Assembly (NCBI GenBank): GCA_964526635.1
Contig: CAZGLR010000002.1
Coordinates: 3,912 to 67,911 of the forward strand
Source: an uncultured Ignavibacteriales bacterium
Lineage (GTDB): Bacteria > Zixibacteria > MSB-5A5 > GN15 > JAAZOE01
DNA length: 64,000 nt
Direction of reading: 5' to 3'
Part shown: positions 35,891-44,759 of the stretch, in pieces
How positions within the stretch are numbered: position 1 is the stretch's first letter
How the letters are laid out: every line of letters starts with the position of its first letter
The notes under the pieces: generated by a model
What the model saw: only the letters and a program-made list of their open reading frames with translations
Databases searched by the model: none
What the model was told of the DNA's origin: nothing
Translations under genes and position numbers: made by a program

Positions 35891-37459
35891 ATGGCTGCAA
35901 CGCAAAACCAGACCCAGGTACTCTGGGTCGATGACGAAATTACGATGCTCTCGGCGCATATCGCCTTCCTCGAAAGCAAGGGAATAGCCGTTACCCCCTG
36001 TGCCTCCGGCGATGACGCTCTCGATCTGCTCCGTGAAAAAGACTTCGAGTTGATTCTGCTCGATGAAATGATGCCGGGCAAGGACGGCCTCCAGACACTG
36101 GTGGAAATCAAAGAATTCAAGCCGCATATCCCGATTGTGATGATCACCAAATCGGAAGAAGAAACGCTGATGGATGATGCCATCGGTCAAAAAATCGATG
36201 ATTACCTGACCAAACCGGTAAATCCCTCGCAGGTGCTCATGGCCATCAAAAAATTCGTCCAGAGTAAGAAGATCGTTACCGGCAAACTTGGCCAACGCTA
36301 TATTTCCGATATCAATCGCATCAATATGACCCTGATGGGGCCGGCCGACTGGACCGACTGGGTCGAAGCTTTCCGGACCCTGTGCGAATGGGATATCGAG
36401 ATGGATCGCTATCCCGACGAAGCGCTGATGGAAACTCATGCCGGAACCCACAAAGACTGGAACAACCAATTCACCCGCTATTACGAAAAGAACTATGAGC
36501 AATGGGTAAAATCGAAAAACCGCCCGCCACTGTCGGTGGATGTTGTCGACCGGGCTGTAGTGCCACGATTGAAAAATGGCGAGCAGGTTGTCTTTATTGT
36601 CGTCGATTGCATGCGCATGGACCTCTGGCTGCGTATCGAGCCGCTTTTGGCCGATTTATTTCACATCGACAAGGACTACTTTTTCTCGATTATTCCCTCG
36701 GCCACTCCCTTTGCCCGCAACGCCATGTTCGCCGGCGATTTCCCGGCCAAGGTCGCCAGCCTCTATCCGGATGACTGGAAAGCCTATCCTGATGATGAAA
36801 TCTCCCGCAACAGGCGCGAAAATGAACTGATGGAACGGCAATTGAAGAAAAAGGGTATCAACCTTGACCCGGGACCGAAGTATATCAAAGTGCTCAAGGG
36901 CAAAGACAGTGTCGACCTGACCAAGCGAACCGAAAATTTTCTGGCCTCGCAACTGGTCTCGATCGTTATCAATTTCGTCGATGTCCTCACCCATGGCCGT
37001 TCCAGCAATGTCCTGCTCAAGGAAATTGTCCCCGATGAGGCTGCTTTCCGTTCCCTTATGCAGACATGGTTTGTGCATTCGGCGCTGTATGAAACACTCA
37101 AGTTCCTCGCCCGTAAAAAAGTCACGGTCGTCGTAACCACCGACCACGGCTCCACGCTCTGTTCCCGGGGAACTATCGCCCACGGCAAAAAAGATACTTC
37201 GACCAACCTGCGTTACAAATACGGCGACAACCTTAACTGCAATCCCAAAGAGGCCCTGCTGATTAAGAATCCCGATGCCTACCGGTTGCCGTCGTTTACT
37301 GTCGCCAGCACCTATATTATCGCCCGCGAGGATTTCTATTTCGTCTATCCGAACAAATACAATGAGTATCAGCGGCAGTTCCAGAACAGCTTCCAGCATG
37401 GTGGTATCTCCATGCAGGAGATGATTCTCCCGATCGTAACCCTCAAGCCTAAGGGCTGA
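35891..37459 (+). CDS. Response regulator with a PglZ (alkaline-phosphatase-superfamily) output domain, PorX-like
   Basis: REC domain (VLWVDDE...ELILLDEMMPGKDG...ITK). The PglZ-type catalytic elements look intact (VVDCMRMD, IIPSATPFARNAMFAG, VDVLTHG, TTDHGS). 522 aa, the same architecture as PorX. Confidence 0.8.
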   Translation: MAATQNQTQVLWVDDEITMLSAHIAFLESKGIAVTPCASGDDALDLLREKDFELILLDEMMPGKDGLQTLVEIKEFKPHIPIVMITKSEEETLMDDAIGQKIDDYLTKPVNPSQVLMAIKKFVQSKKIVTGKLGQRYISDINRINMTLMGPADWTDWVEAFRTLCEWDIEMDRYPDEALMETHAGTHKDWNNQFTRYYEKNYEQWVKSKNRPPLSVDVVDRAVVPRLKNGEQVVFIVVDCMRMDLWLRIEPLLADLFHIDKDYFFSIIPSATPFARNAMFAGDFPAKVASLYPDDWKAYPDDEISRNRRENELMERQLKKKGINLDPGPKYIKVLKGKDSVDLTKRTENFLASQLVSIVINFVDVLTHGRSSNVLLKEIVPDEAAFRSLMQTWFVHSALYETLKFLARKKVTVVVTTDHGSTLCSRGTIAHGKKDTSTNLRYKYGDNLNCNPKEALLIKNPDAYRLPSFTVASTYIIAREDFYFVYPNKYNEYQRQFQNSFQHGGISMQEMILPIVTLKPKG

Positions 37460-37460
37460 T

Positions 37461-37907
37461 ATGGCGCCGTTTCCGCTGAATGCCCCGCAGCAATCATCAT
37501 CGCTTGCCGACACCGATCATCTGGCGGCGGCGCTGGCCAAGCGCCTTGAACCATATGATATCGTCGGTCTTACCGGCCCGCTCGGCGCCGGCAAGACAAC
37601 CTTCGTCCGCGGTCTGGTCAAAGCGCTGGGCGGCGATGGCGACCAGGTCAGTTCACCATCGTTTACGCTGATCAATGAATACCACGGCACCCGTATTCCG
37701 GTATTCCATTTTGATCTCTATCGCTTTTCAAATCCATCGGAGTTTCGGGCGATCGGCGGCGACGAATACCTTGATCGCGGGGGGATTGTGTGCGTCGAAT
37801 GGCCGGAACACGGCGCCGGATTTTTGCCGGAATCACGATATACACTGGCCATCGAAATAGTTTCTGCCGAAGAGCGCATCCTGACACTAACCCGGGAGGT
37901 ATCATGA
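37461..37907 (+). CDS. tsaE: tRNA t6A37 biosynthesis ATPase TsaE
   Basis: 148 aa with P-loop GPLGAGKTTFVRGL, SPSFTLINEY and HFDLYR motifs. Confidence 0.9.
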   Translation: MAPFPLNAPQQSSSLADTDHLAAALAKRLEPYDIVGLTGPLGAGKTTFVRGLVKALGGDGDQVSSPSFTLINEYHGTRIPVFHFDLYRFSNPSEFRAIGGDEYLDRGGIVCVEWPEHGAGFLPESRYTLAIEIVSAEERILTLTREVS

Positions 37908-38563
37908 TCGTGCTCGGTATCGATAGTTCCACCGCGCAACTCGGTATCGGGCTGGCCGATGATCACGATGTTCTCATCGATATAGTAGAAGACGCTTCGC
38001 GTGAACACGCGGCCCGGATAATCGGCATCATTGAACAAGCCCTGACCGAGGCTGACAAATCCAAAACTGATCTTGGTGGCATCGGCGTTGCGATAGGCCC
38101 TGGATCATTTACCGGTCTGCGCATTGGTTTGTCGGTCGCCAAGGGCCTGATCACCGCTTTGAAAATCCCCCTGGTTGGCATATCAACGTATGAGATCATT
38201 GCCAACCGAGTCGCGGACGTGTATCCGAAATTCTATTTGGCCGGACGGTCCCGTCGCGGCGAATATTATCTCTGCCATCTTGAAGACAGTGAGTTGTCTT
38301 TTGATTTGTGCGATGAAAAACACCTGGATGATTATGTTGGTTCCTTACCGGTTGGCCTGATCGGCGGCGATGATAAAGACCGCGCGGTCTTTGCCACGCA
38401 CAACATAACCCTGATTGATCCCGGCCTTATGGCAATATCGGCCGGTCAACTGGCCCTGACGGCGGTTCGAAGAATAGCCGATGGCCAAATCGATGATCCC
38501 GGCACCCTGGAACCATTGTATGTGGCGCCATCGCAGGCGGAGCGGAAATTTGGACACCTCTGA
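37904..38563 (+). CDS. tsaB: tRNA t6A37 biosynthesis protein TsaB
   Basis: From ATG 37904 (ATGA overlap with the tsaE stop): MIVLGIDSSTAQLGIGL, GPGSFTGLRIGLSVAKGL. Confidence 0.9.
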   Translation: MIVLGIDSSTAQLGIGLADDHDVLIDIVEDASREHAARIIGIIEQALTEADKSKTDLGGIGVAIGPGSFTGLRIGLSVAKGLITALKIPLVGISTYEIIANRVADVYPKFYLAGRSRRGEYYLCHLEDSELSFDLCDEKHLDDYVGSLPVGLIGGDDKDRAVFATHNITLIDPGLMAISAGQLALTAVRRIADGQIDDPGTLEPLYVAPSQAERKFGHL

Positions 38564-39005
38564 GATTAATATCCGGCAAATGCGGGCCCTTGATATCCCT
38601 CAAGTGATTGATATCGAACAGGATGTGTTCTCGGATCCGTGGCCCAAACGGGTTTTTCTCGATGACCTCTATTCCGAATACAGCTACCCGTTTGTTGTCG
38701 AATGCGAGAATACCATGGCCGGGTACGCGATTCTATGGATGGGTTACAAGGAAGGTCATTTGACCAATATCGCCGTGGCCAAAAAATTCCAGCGGAAATC
38801 TATTGCCAAACGCCTGCTAAAATATATCTTAGAGCTTGCGGCAGAGCTTGGGCTGGAGCAGGTACTTTTGGAAGTACGGCCATCCAATGCGGCCGCCATT
38901 AGTTTGTACGAGACCTTCGGGTTCAGCCGTCTTGCGATAAGGAAAAACTATTACCATTCGCCGGTTGAGGATTGCCTTGTTATGGTGAAGTCATTGGCCT
39001 CCTGA
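38550..39005 (+). CDS. rimI: Ribosomal-protein-alanine N-acetyltransferase (GNAT)
   Basis: GNAT core HLTNIAVAKKFQRKSIAKRLL...LEVRPSNAAAISLYETFGF. The start is ambiguous: TTG 38550 overlaps the tsaB end, and ATG 38580 is the alternative. Confidence 0.8.
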   Translation: MDTSEINIRQMRALDIPQVIDIEQDVFSDPWPKRVFLDDLYSEYSYPFVVECENTMAGYAILWMGYKEGHLTNIAVAKKFQRKSIAKRLLKYILELAAELGLEQVLLEVRPSNAAAISLYETFGFSRLAIRKNYYHSPVEDCLVMVKSLAS

Positions 39006-39021
39006 CCGGCCGGTATTATTT

Positions 39022-39885
39022 ATGCACTGGTTTCGGAAATCCAAGGAAGGGCTGGTCAGCCAGCAGAAGAAAGAGATCCCCGACGGTCTCTGGACCAAAT
39101 GCAAAGCCTGCGGCGAGGTCGTTTACTCTCGCGTCCTCCAGGAATCATTATGGGTCTGCCATAACTGCGGGTATCATTTCCGGATCAATTCCCGAAAAGT
39201 AATTGAACTGCTGCTCGACGACGGTCGCATCGAGGAATTCGATGCCAACCTGGATTCGCAGAATCCACTGAATTTCCGCGATTCAAAAAAATACCCCGAT
39301 CGCATAAAGGCCTCCCAGGAAAAGACAGGTATGCGCGACGGTGTTATTTCCGGTCTTGGCGCGGTCGATGGCATCCCGGTATCCTTCGCAATCATGGATT
39401 TTACTTTCATGGGCGGTTCAATGGGCTCGGTCGTCGGTGAAAAGGTCGCCCGGGCTATCGAGCGATCCATCGAACGCTCAATCCCGCTGATAATTGTCTC
39501 CTGCTCCGGAGGTGCCCGCATGCAGGAGGGTATTCTTTCATTAATGCAGATGGCCAAAACCTCTGCGCTTTTGGCCGTGCTTGATCGTAAGAAGCTTCCC
39601 TTCATCTCCATTTTGCTGAACCCGACTACGGCCGGCGTGATGGCGTCCTATGCGTCGCTGGGTGACGTTATTATCGCCGAACCGAAAGCCCTGCTGGGAT
39701 TTGCCGGACCGCGGGTGATTCAGCAAACAATCGGCCAGGAATTGCCCGAGGGGTTTCAGTCGTCGGAATTTTTCCTTGAGCACGGCTTCCTTGATATCAT
39801 CTCCGAACGCAAGGACCTGCGCAGCACCCTGAGCCTGTGTCTGCACTTTATGTTCGATCCCCGGACCGAGCATCAATCGCGATAA
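39022..39885 (+). CDS. accD: Acetyl-CoA carboxylase carboxyltransferase beta subunit
   Basis: Zn-ribbon CKACGEVVY...CHNCGYH followed by the carboxyltransferase core (FTFMGGSMGSVVGEK, GGARMQEG). Confidence 0.95.
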   Translation: MHWFRKSKEGLVSQQKKEIPDGLWTKCKACGEVVYSRVLQESLWVCHNCGYHFRINSRKVIELLLDDGRIEEFDANLDSQNPLNFRDSKKYPDRIKASQEKTGMRDGVISGLGAVDGIPVSFAIMDFTFMGGSMGSVVGEKVARAIERSIERSIPLIIVSCSGGARMQEGILSLMQMAKTSALLAVLDRKKLPFISILLNPTTAGVMASYASLGDVIIAEPKALLGFAGPRVIQQTIGQELPEGFQSSEFFLEHGFLDIISERKDLRSTLSLCLHFMFDPRTEHQSR

Positions 39886-39900
39886 CCCGGACCATTAGAC

Positions 39901-41190
39901 ATGCCGCTCTCACGCTATCAACAGGCCCATAGTTTTATCTATAATCGCCAGCACTTCGGTATCAAGCTGGGATTGGATAATATTCGCCATATGTGCGAAC
40001 TGCTGGGCAATCCGCAGGACAGCTATCATACCGTACATATCGCGGGAACCAACGGCAAGGGATCGACCAGCAGCTTTATCGCCGCGATGCTCCAGGAATC
40101 CGGGCACAAAGTCGGTATCCTGACCTCGCCGCATCTGGCTGATTATCGTGAGCGCATTCGAGTCAATGGCGTAAAAATTTCCGAAGACGCGATCTGTGAA
40201 TTTGTCGAAACCCATCGCAGGTATATTCTAAAATCACAGGTGACCTTCTTCGAAGTCACCACCGCACTGGCTTTCTGGTATTTCCAGCAGCAGAATGTCG
40301 ATTGGGCGGTTATTGAGGTTGGTTTGGGCGGACGGCTCGATGCCACCAACATCATCACTCCACTTGTCAGTGTGATTACCAATATCTCGCTTGAACACAC
40401 CAATCTGCTTGGCAAAACAACCTATAAAATCGCCGGTGAAAAGGGCGGTATTATCAAGCCGAACACCCCGGTTGTGACCGGCATACTCAACAACGGCAGC
40501 CCGGCCGCGCGACGGATCCGTCAGATCGCCACCGAGAAGAACGCACCAATACACTGGCACCGTCCGCGGGGATACAAATACAGCGGCAACGGCGCCGGCG
40601 ATCGCATTGCCCTGCTGCACGGCCCCTTCCGGGGGCTTAGCGCTCCGCTCGCTTTGGCCGGATCGCATCAGGGGCAAAATGCCTATCTGGCGGTTCGCGC
40701 TATTGAAATTATCCGGCAACTGGGCCATCGCATCACGCGAGACGGTGTCCGGCGCGGCCTGGCCCGTCACGCCTGGCCCGGGCGATTTATGACTATCTCG
40801 AAACAGCCGACCGTCATCATCGACGTCGCCCATAACCAGGAGGGATTTGCGGTGCTGACCGAGACCCTCAGGCGCCATTACCCTGGCCGAAAATTCGATT
40901 TTTTAATCAGCATGGTGGAAAAGAAGAAAAGCGATCGTTGCCTGCAGCTTGTCGACCCGCTGGCCCAAAGTATAACCGTTGTACCTCTTCAAAATTTCCG
41001 TCGCGATGATCCGTATTTCATGATATCACGCCTGCACCCCGGCAATGGTCGAATTCGGGTCTTCCCGCGTGCGTGCGATGCTGTCAAAGACCTGTTGGAA
41101 AACGCCCGCCCGTCCGATATATTGGTCATAGCCGGTTCCCATTTTATCATGGGTGAGTTGGCGCCAATAATCAAACGGGATGGATTTTGA
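39901..41190 (+). CDS. folC: Bifunctional folylpolyglutamate synthase/dihydrofolate synthase
   Basis: Mur-ligase-type P-loop HIAGTNGKGST and VIEVGLGGRLDATN motifs. 429 aa. Confidence 0.9.
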   Translation: MPLSRYQQAHSFIYNRQHFGIKLGLDNIRHMCELLGNPQDSYHTVHIAGTNGKGSTSSFIAAMLQESGHKVGILTSPHLADYRERIRVNGVKISEDAICEFVETHRRYILKSQVTFFEVTTALAFWYFQQQNVDWAVIEVGLGGRLDATNIITPLVSVITNISLEHTNLLGKTTYKIAGEKGGIIKPNTPVVTGILNNGSPAARRIRQIATEKNAPIHWHRPRGYKYSGNGAGDRIALLHGPFRGLSAPLALAGSHQGQNAYLAVRAIEIIRQLGHRITRDGVRRGLARHAWPGRFMTISKQPTVIIDVAHNQEGFAVLTETLRRHYPGRKFDFLISMVEKKKSDRCLQLVDPLAQSITVVPLQNFRRDDPYFMISRLHPGNGRIRVFPRACDAVKDLLENARPSDILVIAGSHFIMGELAPIIKRDGF

Positions 41191-42536
41191 AGCGACAGGA
41201 TAAGGCCTCAGAACGAGCGCATCGGGCAGTCGAAATGCTTGGCTCATCAATTGATGTCAAAATCAATGAGCTGACCGAAAGCAACCGGCAGCTCAAACGC
41301 AAGATCTTCGACTTGTACACCATCTTTGAAATCAGCCGTAATTTCAATTCCGTCCTCAATTATCAGACACTCGTTGACTCATTTCTGCTGACCTCACTGG
41401 GTCAGGTCGGTGCCGCCACCGCCGCCCTGTATTTGCCGCCGATGCCCGATGATGATTTCCTCGGCCTGGCCAAATCCAAAGGGTTCTCCACAACCCGTTA
41501 CACCGATCAGCGCATTTCGATGACCGGGCGCCTGGCCAGACACCTGGTGTCAATGGGCAAACCGGCATCGATAGACGAATTGATCCCTCTGTTTGGCGGC
41601 GATCCGGAATTTGAATCATTTAAACCGACCCCCGCAGGGTTGCTGGTGCCGCTGATTATCAAATCATCGCTGCGCGGCATTCTGGCCCTGGGCGGCAAAG
41701 TCTCCGGGCATTCGTTTCCAACCGATGATCTTGAGTTTCTCTCAATTTTGGCCAATCAGTTTGCCGTGGCACTTGAAAACGCGCGCCTGTATGAATCTGA
41801 GAAAATGGCTCTGGAAGAGTTAAAGAATACTCAAAAACAACTGGTACTCAGCGAACGCCATGCCGCCATCGGCGACCTCTCAGCCCGTATCGCCCACGAG
41901 GTAAACAACCCGCTCAGTATCATTTCAAATTATCTGCATCTGTGTGAAAGATCGCTGGGCGATCCGGAGGTATTGAACGAACATCTCGGTATCGTGCGTG
42001 AAGAACTGGCCCGTATCGCCCGCATCGTCCGGCAATTGCTCGATTTTCATAAACCACGCGCAGTCGAAAAGGGACCGGTGAATCTCGAACAGATTGTCTC
42101 GGATGTCCTCTCGCTGGTCCGCTGGCAGTTTACCAAGAAAAATATCTCGGTGGATGTGACGGTGCAGGAGCCGATTCGGATGATCAATGCTTCTGCCGAT
42201 CAAATCAAGCAGGTCATTCTCAATCTGATTATCAATGCCCGCGATTTCGCGCCCGAAAACGGCCGTGTGCGAATCGAGTTGCACGCCGATGAAAAACAGG
42301 TGTTTCTGAGTGTCAGCGATAATGGCCCGGGCATCGATATTGAGGTCTTACCACGCGTATTTGAGCCGTTTTTTACCACCAAAGATGGTTCTGCCGGCAC
42401 CGGCTTGGGTTTATCGGTCTGCTATAGTATTATTCACGAGCATGGCGGTGTTATCGAAGCCGGCAATCACAGCGATGGCGGTGCCCGATTCGATATCAGA
42501 CTACCGATCGCCGCAGACAACGGGAGAAAGCAGTGA
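41187..42536 (+). CDS. Soluble GAF-domain sensor histidine kinase
   Basis: No TM helices. Coiled-coil N-terminus, a GAF-like region, H-box SARIAHEVNNPLSII and HATPase_c (DNGPGI, GTGLGLSV). The start overlaps the folC stop (TTG 41187; ATG 41235 is the alternative). Confidence 0.8.
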   Translation: MKRQDKASERAHRAVEMLGSSIDVKINELTESNRQLKRKIFDLYTIFEISRNFNSVLNYQTLVDSFLLTSLGQVGAATAALYLPPMPDDDFLGLAKSKGFSTTRYTDQRISMTGRLARHLVSMGKPASIDELIPLFGGDPEFESFKPTPAGLLVPLIIKSSLRGILALGGKVSGHSFPTDDLEFLSILANQFAVALENARLYESEKMALEELKNTQKQLVLSERHAAIGDLSARIAHEVNNPLSIISNYLHLCERSLGDPEVLNEHLGIVREELARIARIVRQLLDFHKPRAVEKGPVNLEQIVSDVLSLVRWQFTKKNISVDVTVQEPIRMINASADQIKQVILNLIINARDFAPENGRVRIELHADEKQVFLSVSDNGPGIDIEVLPRVFEPFFTTKDGSAGTGLGLSVCYSIIHEHGGVIEAGNHSDGGARFDIRLPIAADNGRKQ

Positions 42537-44656
42537 CAGACAAGAGCCATAATCTTGAATTGAATGAGATCATTCCCGCCGATACCAAAGAACGTATTCT
42601 GGTTATCGATGATGAAGAACGGATCGGTGATTCCCTGTCATCTCTACTAACTGGATCCGGTTATGAAGTAGCGATTTTCCGCAACAGCGCCGAAGCGGCC
42701 GACGAAATCCGCCGGGGGTATTTCGATCTCATCCTTTCCGATATCAAAATGCCCGATCTGTCCGGGATCGATCTGCTCAAACTGGCCCGGGAAGTCGATC
42801 CCCAGGCGCTGGTGGTGCTGATGACCGGCTATGGCTCCCTGGAATCCGCACTGGAAGCCATCGGGTTGGGGGCATATGACTATCTGCTCAAACCGGTTGA
42901 ATTTCCCCAACTGGAGCTGGTTATCAGGCGCGGACTGGAAAAGCGCCGGCTGGGTCGCGCCAAATCCTATCTGCTGAACGAGTTGAAGCAGAAGAACGAA
43001 GCCCTCGAAGCCCGCCTGCGCGAAATCAATGCCCTCTATGAAGCCGGAAAAACTGTCAGCTCAACCCTCCAGCTCAATCGTCTGCTCGACAGTATCATTG
43101 GCCTGGCCACCGAAGTGCTCGAAGCCAAGATAGGCTCGGTCATGCTTCTCGACGACAATCGGGAATTTCTCTCTATTGCGGCCGCCCGCGGTCTTGATGC
43201 TCATATTATCAAATCAACTCAATTGCCGCTGGGATCCTCCATCGCCGGACATGTCGCCGAATCAGGCGAGCCGCTCTTTATCAGCAATGTCGAAGCAGAC
43301 CATCGATTCCAGCGTGATAATCGCCAGGAAAGATATGGCCCCGCATCACTGCTGTCAGTGCCGCTGATAATCTCTAATCGTACGATCGGTGTCATCAACA
43401 TTGCCCATAAACAATCAGGCGGCGATTTCTCCGAACACGATCTCAAGGTGCTGCAGACCTTCGCCAATCAGGCCGCGGTAGCTATTGATCACGCCGCCAC
43501 CTTCAAGCAATTGAAACGGCGCGTCTCCGAACTGTCGGCCATTCAGGATATCGCTGATGCCATGTCGCGGGCAGTTACCGTGCAAAACCTCCAGGAGATT
43601 ATCTACTGGGGCATTCGAAATCTCATGCCCGCGGACCTGGCTTTGTGGTTTCGCTGGTCGCCCATCGGGAACACACTGAATTTTGTCGGTGGCGCCGGGA
43701 CCTCAGCGATACATCTGGAAATGACAATTACTGCCGATGGTGACCTTCTGGCCGATCCGATCAAAGCCCGCGATTTCATCATGACTAATCTGCCGACCGA
43801 GCTCGATCCGCCGATTCCCCATGAATCGTTTTTCGCCTTTCCCATCTTTGGCTCCACCGGTCTTGACTATGTTTTCTGTCTGGCGTCATCCCTGCCCGAT
43901 TGTTTTTCCGATGATGATATCAAGATCGCCGGATTAATCGCGTCGCAGGCGGCCACGATGTACGAACGGGAAAAAGCGATTCTCAATGCCACCCGCCTGC
44001 TGACAATGGGCAATATGATCTCAGAAATCTCCCATGATATGCGCAAACCCCTGACCAATATCCGGGGTTCACTCCAGATCATGCGCGACCGCTGGCCGGA
44101 AATCGCCGAAAATTCTGAATTATTCATTATGGCCGAAGAAGAGGTCCATCGCCTCAACGAACTCGTCCGCGAACTGGTTGACTTCTCCAATCCCAACAAA
44201 TATGAAACCGAGCGCACCGATATCGCCGCTGTCCTCAAACGGGCCGCGCACCTGGTCAAACCGGATCTGGAAAAACACAATATAGCATGCGTGGAACAAT
44301 TCGCCGAAGATACCGGTGAAGTCTTCGTCAATAAAAACCAGATCATGGAAATATTTTTGAATTTGATTATGAACGCTATTGATGCCATAGGCAATGACGG
44401 CACCATCACTTTGAGGACTTCTCGTGAAACGAAAGACCGCCGCGCCATGGTCCGAATCGAAATCGAAGATACCGGCTGCGGGATCAGTGACGCTGACAAG
44501 GGTGCTATTTTCGATCGCTACTTTACAACCAAGGAAACCGGTACCGGGCTGGGCCTGGCTGTCGTGGAACGGATTATTTCAGCTCACAATGGCCGTATCG
44601 AGGTCAAAAGCGAAGTCGGCAAGGGTACTACCTTCATTCTGCATTTTCCCGCATAA
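42533..44656 (+). CDS. Hybrid REC-GAF-GAF-like histidine kinase
   Basis: REC domain (ILVIDDEE...DLILSDIKMPDLSG), a GAF domain (…GSVMLLDDNREFLSIAAARG…SLLSVPLIISNRTIGVINIAH), a second poorly conserved sensor region, H-box ISEISHDMRKPLTNI and HATPase_c. 4-nt overlap with the previous kinase gene. Confidence 0.8.
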   Translation: MTDKSHNLELNEIIPADTKERILVIDDEERIGDSLSSLLTGSGYEVAIFRNSAEAADEIRRGYFDLILSDIKMPDLSGIDLLKLAREVDPQALVVLMTGYGSLESALEAIGLGAYDYLLKPVEFPQLELVIRRGLEKRRLGRAKSYLLNELKQKNEALEARLREINALYEAGKTVSSTLQLNRLLDSIIGLATEVLEAKIGSVMLLDDNREFLSIAAARGLDAHIIKSTQLPLGSSIAGHVAESGEPLFISNVEADHRFQRDNRQERYGPASLLSVPLIISNRTIGVINIAHKQSGGDFSEHDLKVLQTFANQAAVAIDHAATFKQLKRRVSELSAIQDIADAMSRAVTVQNLQEIIYWGIRNLMPADLALWFRWSPIGNTLNFVGGAGTSAIHLEMTITADGDLLADPIKARDFIMTNLPTELDPPIPHESFFAFPIFGSTGLDYVFCLASSLPDCFSDDDIKIAGLIASQAATMYEREKAILNATRLLTMGNMISEISHDMRKPLTNIRGSLQIMRDRWPEIAENSELFIMAEEEVHRLNELVRELVDFSNPNKYETERTDIAAVLKRAAHLVKPDLEKHNIACVEQFAEDTGEVFVNKNQIMEIFLNLIMNAIDAIGNDGTITLRTSRETKDRRAMVRIEIEDTGCGISDADKGAIFDRYFTTKETGTGLGLAVVERIISAHNGRIEVKSEVGKGTTFILHFPA

Positions 44657-44710
44657 ATAATTCAACCTGCAAAAATTTGCAAAAAAGTGGTAATTCTTTA
44701 CTCGAACGGC

Positions 44711-44739
44711 TTGATTTTTAGCAAAAATTGACGATTAAT
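44711..44739 (+). promoter_or_regulatory. Weak candidate sigma-70 promoter (TTGATT-N17-ATTAAT) ahead of the NtrC-type gene
   Basis: Read directly from the sequence. A TGCAAA-aa-TTTGCA palindrome lies just upstream at 44668-44681. Confidence 0.25.
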
Positions 44740-44759
44740 TGACAAAAGAAGACGAGTTT

